From positions 64,001 through 128,000 of the IMG/VR virus record IMGVR_UViG_3300014205_000180: a stretch of 64,000 bases of DNA. The stretch is one strand, 5' to 3'. The stretch's first letter is position 1, and every line of letters begins with the position of its first letter. Below, piece by piece: positions 8,147-18,241 of this stretch. Source of the DNA: a virus. Its lineage: Duplodnaviria > Caudoviricetes. The position numbers were made by a program, and so were the translations under genes. The notes beneath the pieces are model-generated. The model searched no databases. It was not told where the DNA came from and saw only the letters and a program-made list of their open reading frames with translations.

Positions 8147-11100
8147 ACTTGAACTTGATGAACTTGATGAGCTAGAAACAATCCTGATCTTCAAACCGAG
8201 TGTATGGGCTGCACCAGGACCAGTTTCAGCAATTGACCATCCACTATCAATAAATGTCGGAACATTCTTAGGCAAAAGTGTGCCGTCACCCATCTGTCCA
8301 TCATTGTTTCTACCCCAAGCGTAACGATCACCATTGGTTTTTATACCAACAGCATGATAGAATCCTGCTGTAATTGACGCCCAACCACTGCTAATAAACA
8401 CTGGTACATTAGAATCAGTTCCAAATCCGCTATCGCCCTTCCCTAACTGACCGAATATGTTATAACCCCAAGCATAAAGATCGCCATTTGTTTTTATGCC
8501 AAAGCTGAACTTATCACCTGCTTCAACAACAGCCCAACCACCACTAATAAATACTGGAGTGTAAGAATCACTAAAGCTTCCATCGCCTAATTGACCCTTA
8601 TCGTTAGCACCCCAAGCATAAAGATCACCATCAGAATTAACAGCTAAACTATGCCATTGTCCTCCTGCTGCTGAAATCCAAGTTCCAGGAATTTGTAATG
8701 GCACATTTGAATTATTGATCGTTCCATCGCCTAACGCTCCAAAATCATTACGACCCCAAGCAAAAAGTTCTCCATTAGCATTGATGGCTAAAACATGGTC
8801 CTCGCCTGGGGCAATAATATCCCAGTTGCCGGGAATTTGTATTGGAACACTAGAAGCAATAAATGAACCATTACCTAATTCACCAAAATCATTATTGCCC
8901 CAAGCATAAAGAACACCACCTGGCCTCAAGCCAAAGCTTGAGACATAGCTTGCAAATACTTCTATCCAGCCACCACTAATAAATGTTGGAACAGTCGGTT
9001 GATTACCCATACTAGTAGTACCATTACCATATTGGCCAAACTCATTATAACCCCAAGCGTAAAGATCTCCCTCAGAATTTATAGCTAAACTATGCCAGGA
9101 ACCAGATGCGATAGCGCTCCAATCACCAGAAATAGAAAGTGGTGTACTTGAATTAGTAGTAGTATTATCACCCAATTGGCCTTGTGTATTATTACCCCAA
9201 GAATACAGATCATAAGCTAAAAGACTTATTGGTGGTAAACTACTAGATGAATCATCTGACTGTGAAGATGTTGAGAATGAAGACTGCTGAGATAAAGAAG
9301 ATGAAGAAGATGAAGAATTAGATAATGAATCTAGCTCTCCCATAGCAAGGCAATGTCCATCGCCAGTCTTGATTGATGTCCAGCCACTGCCGACGAAAAC
9401 CGGAACCAATGATGAATCGAAGGTACTATCACCAAACGTGCCAGAACTATTATCGCCCCAAGCCCAGAGATCACCATTGATCTTAATACCAATAGAGAAC
9501 GCATCTCCGCCATCAGCAGATGACCAACCACTGCTAATAAGCAACGGAATATTTGAGTTATTAGTCGTTCCATCGCCAAGCTGACCGTACCAGTTTCCGC
9601 CCCAAGCGTAAAGATCGCCACTAGTTGTAATACCAAAGCTCTGTGGACCACAAGCAACAGCTTTGGCCCAGCCACCACTGATAAATACCGGGACGTTGGA
9701 GTCGGCGTCCACACCATTGCCAAGCTGACCATTGAATCCAGAACCCCAAGCCCAGAGGTCACCGTTCGGTTTTAGACCTAAACTGTGAGCACCACCACCA
9801 GTTGAAACAGATGCCCAACCGCCACTGATAAATACCGGGACGTTGGAGTCGGTGAAAGTTCCATCACCAAGCGATCCGGCAGCGTTTGAACCCCAAGCCC
9901 ATAGATCACCATTTGGTTTTAGACCAAGACTGTGTGCATAGCCTAGCACCAACGTTGACCAATCATAGGGACCCATATTAACCGGTGTCGGCTGATTAGT
10001 GTTAGTTCCATCACCTAACTGACCAACATTATTTTCACCCCAAACATAAAGATTACCGTCAGTCTTAACACCCATTGCGAATGTACCACCAGCGAATACC
10101 TCTACCCAACCACTACTAATAAACACCGGAATATTAGAGGAATCAAATGTTCCATTACCTAACTGACCGCCACTATTATCACCCCATGCCCAAAGATCGC
10201 CATTAGCTTTCAAACCGAGAGAAAAGCTACCGCCAGCAACATAAGTTTCAAATCTGCCTGGACTTGCCGGAACGCTGGAATCAGTATTTGTACCATCACC
10301 AAGTTGACCACCCCAATTAGAACCCCAGGCATAAAGTGGTTCATTTTGTAAAATTGACGAAAATGAAGATAATATCTCGGTAGATTGTGATGATAAAATT
10401 TCAGTGCTAATAGATAACGATGACATTATCTCAGTGCTAAGAGATGATAGCAGTTCGGTAGATAGAGATGATTCGATAGATAAAGATGATTCGGTAGATA
10501 AAGATGATTCGGTAGATAAAGATGATTCGGTAGATGATTCAGTTGACAATGATGATTCAGTAGATGATTCAGTTGACAGTGATAATGAACTAAATGAACT
10601 ACTGCTACTTGACATATTTTGGTCTAATAATGTTACTATGACTGTTGGGCTGATAGTCGTTGTACCCTTAACACCAGCAGTCGAGTAGCCACCGCCCCAT
10701 ATTCCTTCTGGTGGAGTAACCGGTTCAGTTGGCCACTCGATCCAGCATGTCGATGGTGCAGGGTTGGACGTTAACCAATCTGCAATATTCGCATGTCCTA
10801 CCCCTGTATTTGGGTTATAGTTTAAGGAAAACTCACGAGTGAACGACCCAACAACTTGTTGTGTCCTCCAAAAATGAGCATTCGCAACAATCGTATTATA
10901 ACCTTGATATTGAACTACTACGATACCAGGAGTCCATACTGCTGCGCCAGGGTAAGACGAACGCATGACAGTTGTCAAATAATCAATACTTATATCACCA
11001 TAAAGCGCTGACGAACTGCTAATTGATTCAGAAGATACAGTCGATAATGACTCAGAAGACAGTGATGAATTAATTGATTGGAAAGATAACAATGATTCAG

Positions 11101-14100
11101 TAGAGTCAGTCGATAATGATTCAGAAGATAATGTTGATAACGATTGTATAGATAGTGATGAATCAGTTGATTCAGTAGAGTCAGTCGATAATGAGTCAGT
11201 CGATAATGATTCAGAAGATAATGTTGATAACGATTGTATAGATAGTGATGAATCAGTTGATTCAGTAGAGTCAGTCGATAATGATTCAGAAGATAATGTT
11301 GATAACGACTGTGTAGATAATGATGAATCAGTTGATCCAGTAGAGTCAGTCGATAATGATTCAGTAGAGTCAGTCGATAACGATTGTGTAGATAGTGATG
11401 AATAAGTTGATTCAGAAGATAATATCGATAATGATTCGGTAGATGGTGAAGAAATAGTTAATTCAGAAGATGGTGAAGAAATAGTTAATTCAGAAGATGA
11501 TGATCCAGTAGAGTCAGTTGATGATGATGAATCTGATAATGATGATAAATCTGATAATGATGAATCTGATAACAACGAATTAGAAGATGGAGACGAAGTT
11601 AGTGACGTTATTGAAGATTCTGTTGATAAAGAAGATTCTATTGATGCAGTCGATAACATAGATTCTGATGATAAGTATTCATCTATTTTAGCTTCACCAT
11701 TTGTTTCAAGATCAATCCATGTTAATGGGTTTTGCGTTGGATAAACAACTTCGCCATTTTTCATCTCAACATCAGCCCAAACTGTACCTTCTGTTTTCCA
11801 TTTACTGGCCTCAAAAGCAAAAAATGTTCCGCCAGTTCCTAAATCAGCAGGATCTACCCATGCTGGGCCATCAGTAATTAACATTTCTACTGATTCATTA
11901 ATAGCACAGTCTATTCCATAAGTAAACGGATTTGTAAATGGTACTTCGCCACACTTAACATTAGATTGATAGTAATCAACTACTTGTTCAACTCCTTCAC
12001 CTTCTATATAAGAATAATTTCTTATTATTTGTCTAGTAGTTGTTATAATTCCTTTTCTGTAAACTCTCCCATCAATAATATAACCAGTTGGTTCTTCACC
12101 TGGGATTCTTGGATCTTTAGTTATAAATATCAGATCGAGTACATCGTTTATCATTATCCATGATAATTCATATATAATATCATAAGTATCTTTATATCTA
12201 AATGCTCCAGTCTCAGGTAATATGCAATTATCACTATCATTAATGCATAACATATTCTTTATTTCATGATTTGTAAGTCTAGAACAAAGAGACATCTTTT
12301 CTATCAATAATGCAGTAAAATCAAATTCTAGTCTATCTGGAGACTGGTCAAAATTTCCATCTCTATCAAATAAAGAAACATCTTTATCACAGCTAATATC
12401 GCCAGTTTGTTCGCAATTAGCAATTAGACAGTTACAATCAAGTCTGAATGGTTCAACATATTGATAATCTGGTTCATCATTTCTAACGAATAACATTGAT
12501 TGACCAAAGAATCTGGCAGAGGTTTGTAAGGTTCCTAGTGGAATACCTAAGCCAGATGAAATTGCTGATCTATCAATATATCCAGATTCATCAGTTGAAT
12601 CATAACGATAGTTAAAATCAACACTTTCTTCATTTGTTTCTGAAGCATATCCGCCAATAAAATCTTCTTTTGTTTCAGTGCATGCACTATTAAATATTTT
12701 ACCATATTCATCTTCATATGATTTTTTAACAATATCAGTAATAGTAAAATCATCAACTACATATGGATTAACAGTTGTGGTTTGATAAACATTATGAGTT
12801 ATTAATCTGTCATCTCCTGTCGGAATCGAATGATTAGACAGAGAATCGATTTCCTGCTGTATTCCATTACCAATATAGATCAGGTCTTCATAATCCCAAG
12901 TAATAGACTGCTCTACAAACAGGCTGTTAGATTCAACATATTCATATGCCTCAGAATAAGTGTTAAATCCTTTTTCAATAATTGTTCCAGTGTACATTTC
13001 TTCAATGTCAAAATTACTTCCATTGAAATGAATATAAACTGATTTTCCTTCGATCGTTGATAAAACAGCATTTAGCGTATTCTCATAAACACCACATTTT
13101 GAATTTTCATCCCATGGTCTTTTCTTGACTAAATCTTGACCATATGAAATATTCTCATAAGTATAATTATAGTCATTCAATAAATAGCCCATCGTCAAGA
13201 ATCTATGCGATGGGAATCCAAGATGTTCTTTTTCAATATTCAAAGATGCTGGATTTAATGCTAAAGTATTTTGAGAAGTTTCATAATCATAATATGGTCT
13301 AGCACTATAATGTAGAGTGACTTTCTTATTATCGACACATATAAATCTATCACCTAAGAATCCTACATGTTGATGATCACGATCAACTTTAAGTCTATCT
13401 TCCCAATATACGCCATATCCAAGTTTTGGTCCGCATGGAACATTTCTATAAGTTTCTTTTAATGTTGTTTCATTGACAAAAGTCAAAGAATCTTCAACTC
13501 TTCCTTTATAACAGAAATCTGGTTTAGATGGCGATTCTTCACAATATGTTTTTCTATCATCTTCATTATGATCAAAATCAACATTACTTGGCAATACTCT
13601 ATCTTGACCTTCTTTATTTAATCCACAATCTTCACCAATGATATTGCCATGTTCATCGGTTGTTCTTTGATCCTTCCAGCCCTGAAATTCTTTTTCTAAA
13701 CCTTCTAATATGATAGATTTTAAATCAAGATCAGATTTTTTGAACCCTCTATCAGTAGATTCACATTCTTCATAATCAGTTGGAATTATTGCTGGAGGTA
13801 CTTGTAGATCACCTAAATCTGTCCCAGGCTTTAATATATCAGTACCAGATAAACAGAAATCAGTTACATTATAAATCTCATAAATATTAGCTACAAACTT
13901 TATTTTTCTGAGTAAAGAATGAAAAGCTTTTAACTTAAATATGAATGATAACATGTATAACAATAGGTTATAATCTATCGGCTCATTGTTTTTATTAACT
14001 ATTTCAACATCAAACCTGCTAGACCTTGTATTAATTATGTCATCTGGAATAATTATCTTAGTGCGTTCAAAAACTACGAATGCGAATACTTTACCACCAT

Positions 14101-15556
14101 CAATGCTAAGTTCATGATCGAAGTTTAACAATAACGTATTTTCATTATTATTATATGAAATATTAATGTGATTTGCGATTATTTTCTTGCTTATTAAATA
14201 AGTTCCTTTATCAACTAAAACTTTGTTAGATCCTATTAACCCATTGCTAAATGAAGAGTTTAATTCCTCTAATGATTTTGTTGTTATTACTCCATTAAAA
14301 TCAGTTCTTACTATATCATCGTTATAATATTCAAGATCATTCGACAGATTTTTAGAAAAATCAAGGAGCAATTGATGATCAGGAGTATCAGCCTTTACTT
14401 GATAAACATAAATTGCGATATCAACTTTTCTATTTGGGACAAATGTTAAAGGAATTACACCAGCACTAAATCCTTCAGCATCATAGTTAGCTAATGATTG
14501 ATCTACTTGGACAGTTAATTCAGATTCAAGACCATCATTTACACCTAATAATCTATTACCACTCTTATTAGCCCACAGATTTATTATAGTAACGACAAAT
14601 CCGAACATTTCAAACAATTCGTTTATTACTCTTTTTGATCCCTTCAATTTCTGAAGATGAACAGCACGCTTAAGAATTTGTCTTCTTAAATTATCAGAGA
14701 CGCCTGGATAGTTCGGAAGGTCCCAACCGATTAAATATGCTAAATATGGTATAAATACTGCTGGAACAAAATCTATTTGGTTTACACCGTCGAGAAGCTT
14801 TTGTTCATCAAATATGTCTTGGAACAAATCGGCAAACGGTCTATAAAATTCTAACGTTGGATCAGTTAATTCATTGAATCCTTCATAATTAAAATAAAGT
14901 GATGGTGTTCCATGAAACATTGCATGGTGTATATCACCAGGATGATTAACATTTAATATTATGTTAGATATTCCTAAATCAACACCTATGCATCTAATAT
15001 TACCATTTACAGTTGAAATTCTTCTAAAGAATGTTGCTTCCCATACGAAATTATATAATTTCGGCTTTGGTAAGCCATTAACTGGCATTAAAATATTTGA
15101 TAAATCATAATAATAAGCGTCTTTATAATATTCTACTTTTTCAGCTACGGAATTGCCATCTAAAGTATACTCAAAATAGTCTCCAGTTACAGCTTCTGAA
15201 TAATCGATACTAGTGTATATCTCTGCACCATCGACACCAATTGTTTTTCTATAAAATTGAAAACCATCAACCGAAATTCTTCTTTCAGCAAACTGAGTTG
15301 CTGAAACATTTATTTCATATAAAGCATAATCTGGAACTCTGAGATTAGAATTAAATGGTCCAGCAACCTTTGCTTGGTCTGGAGCATCAACAATATAATA
15401 TCTTATCTTTTGAGTTTCTGAATCACCTATGGCTAAATTGTCATCAGTTAATCTATGTCTCTCGATATAAATAACTGGCATCGCATATGGCTTAAAGCCA
15501 GTACGAGCATTATTTAGCGGAAACAGCTTAAAGTATGGATTATTTGATGTTGTCAC
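8135..15556 (-). CDS. Giant baseplate-wedge/tail protein: P2 gpI-like domain, Ser-rich stalks, two RCC1-repeat blocks
   Basis: FIPYLAYLIGWD...RRQILKRAVHLQKLKGS is a Tail_P2_I-like signature. There are 7+7 LxAWGxNxxGQLGxG repeats. Probable start is GTG 15556 behind CAAATATA (track start is TTG 15595). Confidence 0.88.
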   Translation of the reverse strand: MTTSNNPYFKLFPLNNARTGFKPYAMPVIYIERHRLTDDNLAIGDSETQKIRYYIVDAPDQAKVAGPFNSNLRVPDYALYEINVSATQFAERRISVDGFQFYRKTIGVDGAEIYTSIDYSEAVTGDYFEYTLDGNSVAEKVEYYKDAYYYDLSNILMPVNGLPKPKLYNFVWEATFFRRISTVNGNIRCIGVDLGISNIILNVNHPGDIHHAMFHGTPSLYFNYEGFNELTDPTLEFYRPFADLFQDIFDEQKLLDGVNQIDFVPAVFIPYLAYLIGWDLPNYPGVSDNLRRQILKRAVHLQKLKGSKRVINELFEMFGFVVTIINLWANKSGNRLLGVNDGLESELTVQVDQSLANYDAEGFSAGVIPLTFVPNRKVDIAIYVYQVKADTPDHQLLLDFSKNLSNDLEYYNDDIVRTDFNGVITTKSLEELNSSFSNGLIGSNKVLVDKGTYLISKKIIANHINISYNNNENTLLLNFDHELSIDGGKVFAFVVFERTKIIIPDDIINTRSSRFDVEIVNKNNEPIDYNLLLYMLSFIFKLKAFHSLLRKIKFVANIYEIYNVTDFCLSGTDILKPGTDLGDLQVPPAIIPTDYEECESTDRGFKKSDLDLKSIILEGLEKEFQGWKDQRTTDEHGNIIGEDCGLNKEGQDRVLPSNVDFDHNEDDRKTYCEESPSKPDFCYKGRVEDSLTFVNETTLKETYRNVPCGPKLGYGVYWEDRLKVDRDHQHVGFLGDRFICVDNKKVTLHYSARPYYDYETSQNTLALNPASLNIEKEHLGFPSHRFLTMGYLLNDYNYTYENISYGQDLVKKRPWDENSKCGVYENTLNAVLSTIEGKSVYIHFNGSNFDIEEMYTGTIIEKGFNTYSEAYEYVESNSLFVEQSITWDYEDLIYIGNGIQQEIDSLSNHSIPTGDDRLITHNVYQTTTVNPYVVDDFTITDIVKKSYEDEYGKIFNSACTETKEDFIGGYASETNEESVDFNYRYDSTDESGYIDRSAISSGLGIPLGTLQTSARFFGQSMLFVRNDEPDYQYVEPFRLDCNCLIANCEQTGDISCDKDVSLFDRDGNFDQSPDRLEFDFTALLIEKMSLCSRLTNHEIKNMLCINDSDNCILPETGAFRYKDTYDIIYELSWIMINDVLDLIFITKDPRIPGEEPTGYIIDGRVYRKGIITTTRQIIRNYSYIEGEGVEQVVDYYQSNVKCGEVPFTNPFTYGIDCAINESVEMLITDGPAWVDPADLGTGGTFFAFEASKWKTEGTVWADVEMKNGEVVYPTQNPLTWIDLETNGEAKIDEYLSSESMLSTASIESSLSTESSITSLTSSPSSNSLLSDSSLSDLSSLSDSSSSTDSTGSSSSELTISSPSSELTISSPSTESLSILSSESTYSSLSTQSLSTDSTESLSTDSTGSTDSSLSTQSLSTLSSESLSTDSTESTDSSLSIQSLSTLSSESLSTDSLSTDSTESTDSSLSIQSLSTLSSESLSTDSTESLLSFQSINSSLSSESLSTVSSESISSSSALYGDISIDYLTTVMRSSYPGAAVWTPGIVVVQYQGYNTIVANAHFWRTQQVVGSFTREFSLNYNPNTGVGHANIADWLTSNPAPSTCWIEWPTEPVTPPEGIWGGGYSTAGVKGTTTISPTVIVTLLDQNMSSSSSSFSSLSLSTESSTESSLSTESSTESSLSTESSLSTESSLSIESSLSTELLSSLSTEIMSSLSISTEILSSQSTEILSSFSSILQNEPLYAWGSNWGGQLGDGTNTDSSVPASPGRFETYVAGGSFSLGLKANGDLWAWGDNSGGQLGNGTFDSSNIPVFISSGWVEVFAGGTFAMGVKTDGNLYVWGENNVGQLGDGTNTNQPTPVNMGPYDWSTLVLGYAHSLGLKPNGDLWAWGSNAAGSLGDGTFTDSNVPVFISGGWASVSTGGGAHSLGLKPNGDLWAWGSGFNGQLGNGVDADSNVPVFISGGWAKAVACGPQSFGITTSGDLYAWGGNWYGQLGDGTTNNSNIPLLISSGWSSADGGDAFSIGIKINGDLWAWGDNSSGTFGDSTFDSSLVPVFVGSGWTSIKTGDGHCLAMGELDSLSNSSSSSSSLSQQSSFSTSSQSDDSSSSLPPISLLAYDLYSWGNNTQGQLGDNTTTNSSTPLSISGDWSAIASGSWHSLAINSEGDLYAWGYNEFGQYGNGTTSMGNQPTVPTFISGGWIEVFASYVSSFGLRPGGVLYAWGNNDFGELGNGSFIASSVPIQIPGNWDIIAPGEDHVLAINANGELFAWGRNDFGALGDGTINNSNVPLQIPGTWISAAGGQWHSLAVNSDGDLYAWGANDKGQLGDGSFSDSYTPVFISGGWAVVEAGDKFSFGIKTNGDLYAWGYNIFGQLGKGDSGFGTDSNVPVFISSGWASITAGFYHAVGIKTNGDRYAWGRNNDGQMGDGTLLPKNVPTFIDSGWSIAETGPGAAHTLGLKIRIVSSSSSSSSSSSSN

Positions 15557-15576
15557 TACTCTATATATTTGTCGGA

Positions 15577-16047
15577 CTAAAATGAAACAGGACAATAAAA
15601 TGGACAGTTTTTAATATTAAATATCCCTCTAAAACTTACATCATTAGATGTTGAACCTATCGACTTTAACATGACACCATCTTCAGTATTAAGTGAAAAA
15701 TCAAACTTATACTCTCCATCGTATAACTCATTGACAAATACTATATTTCCAATCATTACGCCACAAATCGTTGCTGAAATTGGAGCTTTTAATCCATTTT
15801 GTTTAGCAAAAGCCATACTCCGATATAACTTTAACGATATATTCTGTTGAAAATTTATATGGCTAACAAATAATACTACTGCATAATAATCTGGAGTTAT
15901 TTCCAGTTTTGATACTGATTTCCACCACCAATTATCTGATTTACCATTTAACAGCTGTAATATGGAGCCAGATTCTGGCTTTCCAAGTATTGCGACACAA
16001 TCTTTTAGAACTCCTAACTGATTAATTTTTATCCTTGACTGATTCAT
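15577..16047 (-). CDS. Hypothetical protein
   Basis: Packed ORF overlapping its neighbours. Confidence 0.7.
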   Translation of the reverse strand: MNQSRIKINQLGVLKDCVAILGKPESGSILQLLNGKSDNWWWKSVSKLEITPDYYAVVLFVSHINFQQNISLKLYRSMAFAKQNGLKAPISATICGVMIGNIVFVNELYDGEYKFDFSLNTEDGVMLKSIGSTSNDVSFRGIFNIKNCPFYCPVSF

Positions 16048-16300
16048 ATTTTTTAGTAGCTACCCTCTGGGCATTCCTAAACGATTTTGAATTATCATGT
16101 CTACTTAATGTCTTAAACTTGAACTTTTCACTTAGTATATCTTTAACAATTTTTTCAATACAAACTCCTTTGTATTCATACCAATGCATGATATTATCAC
16201 ATTTGTCAAAATAAAAAGCAATTGATGCAGTAGTCTTATCACTATATAAAATATTAACAATGTCGTATTGTCTATCAAACGAATATTTATCAACCTTCAT
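16022..16300 (-). CDS. Hypothetical protein
   Basis: Coupled to the sigma gene; GGAGG upstream. Confidence 0.7.
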   Translation of the reverse strand: MKVDKYSFDRQYDIVNILYSDKTTASIAFYFDKCDNIMHWYEYKGVCIEKIVKDILSEKFKFKTLSRHDNSKSFRNAQRVATKKYESVKDKN

Positions 16301-17108
16301 ATAAACCTCCTAACTCATCCTTAAGACGAGTCATTGCACATGTTACAATGGCACAGACTCTTTGCCTGGTTATGCCAATATGGTCAGCAACTTGTGCTTG
16401 TGTCATCGGCATAAGTTTTTCACCATTATATTCAAAACCGTACATTTTACTGATTACTTCACGCTGTCTTGCCGGAAGCTTAAAGACTGAATCCCTAATC
16501 TTGTGACATGCACTAAGATTAAGACCAACTTCCGAAATATATTCAATACTAATAGCATTGCAAACCTGATCTGACATTTCACTAAAAGCATCAATACTAA
16601 CTATTGATGGATCTATACGATGCCCGTTAACTAATTGTTTCTTGATCTTTTGCATGCCGCAACGTCTGCTCTCTTTTGCACCCTTCTGAATTTCACCCCT
16701 GATATAAGAAAAAACACATGTTGAGAATTGAGCCTTTTTAATAGTTGTCTGCCATTTGTGATTACACGAATCACATTCATGATCAAAAGTGCGATCGCTA
16801 GACGGATCAGCAAATCTGTCACTATCCATGATTTCTGGCATTTGCATTTCGTTATCGCATTGAGGGCATGTAATAGTCTCACCAGCAATCGACGGAGGCA
16901 GGTTATCACGAGCTTTAGCCTTACCATAACCAATCCATGCATCAGATACAGCATCGTCAATAGTGTATTTGGGGCTGTTGCCACGCACAGTATTATAAAT
17001 AGAATTAATAGTCGGCCTCAGTTCCTCAAATAATACTTCATCAGAATGGACTAAATGTGGCCTTATGGCTGAACATTTCTCAGGTTTCTGATTTGACTTG
17101 TGGCTCAT
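16290..17108 (-). CDS. Sigma70-family sigma factor with zinc-ribbon insertion
   Basis: Region 2-like DDAVSDAWIGYGKA...FSTCVFSYIRGEI; region 4 LPARQREVI...TQAQVADHIGITRQRV. Confidence 0.85.
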   Translation of the reverse strand: MSHKSNQKPEKCSAIRPHLVHSDEVLFEELRPTINSIYNTVRGNSPKYTIDDAVSDAWIGYGKAKARDNLPPSIAGETITCPQCDNEMQMPEIMDSDRFADPSSDRTFDHECDSCNHKWQTTIKKAQFSTCVFSYIRGEIQKGAKESRRCGMQKIKKQLVNGHRIDPSIVSIDAFSEMSDQVCNAISIEYISEVGLNLSACHKIRDSVFKLPARQREVISKMYGFEYNGEKLMPMTQAQVADHIGITRQRVCAIVTCAMTRLKDELGGLYEG

Positions 17109-17114
17109 AGATCC

Positions 17115-17723
17115 TCAGTCACGGTACTTTATCTTGTACCAGCATGGGTTTTTAGCAGACTGTAATTTACCACCAATCAATTTCGAATTTCTCTTCTTTA
17201 TAACAATTCCTTCACTTAAAGTAAAATTCTTTTGTTCATTGTAAAAATCTAAAACATTTCCTACAGATAACATAGGAATTTTAAATACTTGAAGATCACC
17301 TATGGGATTATTCATTGTAGCAGCTTCTAACTTTTTGAAAATAGGCAAATTTCTGCGGCTGTCCAGTGGCATGCTACCAGTGAATTTACCGTTAAACCAT
17401 GTGATATCGTGGAATCCGATGCATTCAATTAATGGAAGATTTACATTCATCGTGGTGTTTATCGACTTAATTCTTGAATGATTTATCCATTCACCATCTA
17501 TTGCACTACCATCTTCGAGAATTTCTCTGAATAAATCGATCAGTTTATTATTAATCTTCAAAATTTCGTCATGCCTGCTACGCGAGATTATCTTGCCATT
17601 ATCCTTACCAATTTCGATTCTATAGCCATCGAGTTTCATTTCACATGACCATTCATCGACTTCAACATCATTCAGAAATTCTTCTGAAGTCCTAATCGGC
17701 TTATCTGGTGCTATGAATTGCAT
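17115..17723 (-). CDS. ATP-dependent ligase-type nucleotidyltransferase (adenylation domain only)
   Basis: EMKLDGYR (I), IDGEW (III), FHDI (IIIa), EGIVIK (IV), WYKIK (V), then stop. Start moved to ATG 17723. Confidence 0.85.
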   Translation of the reverse strand: MQFIAPDKPIRTSEEFLNDVEVDEWSCEMKLDGYRIEIGKDNGKIISRSRHDEILKINNKLIDLFREILEDGSAIDGEWINHSRIKSINTTMNVNLPLIECIGFHDITWFNGKFTGSMPLDSRRNLPIFKKLEAATMNNPIGDLQVFKIPMLSVGNVLDFYNEQKNFTLSEGIVIKKRNSKLIGGKLQSAKNPCWYKIKYRD

Positions 17724-17794
17724 TGTTCTATCTGCCTTTTTATAACAACCTTTACAAAACCTTAAAGTCTCATAAAAAAGCATAAGGAAAAATC

Positions 17795-18241
17795 ATGACA
17801 ACAGAAATCGGTGAAAAAGTTCGTTTTCTCACCCATAATAATGAAATAAGCACCGAAATTTGCATAATTGCTGAAATTTGTAATGATAATACTGTTAAAT
17901 TAAAAAAACCAAATGGTGAAATGATGAGGATATTCAGTGACAGAATCAGGCCAGTTGAAATGAAAACTATCAGTAAACAAAGTGTTAATAATGAAAAGTT
18001 TGATCCATGGGCTGAAATAGATGATGGTGAAGTATGGTTAAAACAATCTAAATTCAATAGCTCAATAGTTATGAAATCATATACTATAATCAATTTATCT
18101 AAACAAACGTATAGATCTGTAAATGTATACAATGATAAAATAAGTAACATAAATATAAAAGACTTCAAATTAGAAAATTGTGAGAAACTCACAGCCAAAC
18201 TAGCCAAAAAAGGCTATAAAAAGATGGCTAAGGAGAATTAA
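17795..18241 (+). CDS. Hypothetical protein
   Basis: TAAGGA SD; first gene of the + strand AAA/VWA run. Confidence 0.75.
   Translation: MTTEIGEKVRFLTHNNEISTEICIIAEICNDNTVKLKKPNGEMMRIFSDRIRPVEMKTISKQSVNNEKFDPWAEIDDGEVWLKQSKFNSSIVMKSYTIINLSKQTYRSVNVYNDKISNINIKDFKLENCEKLTAKLAKKGYKKMAKEN

Noticed and set aside
8190-10340. Diversity-generating retroelement target in the RCC1 repeats
   Set aside because: No reverse transcriptase and no TR/VR pair with adenine-specific mismatches seen in the window.
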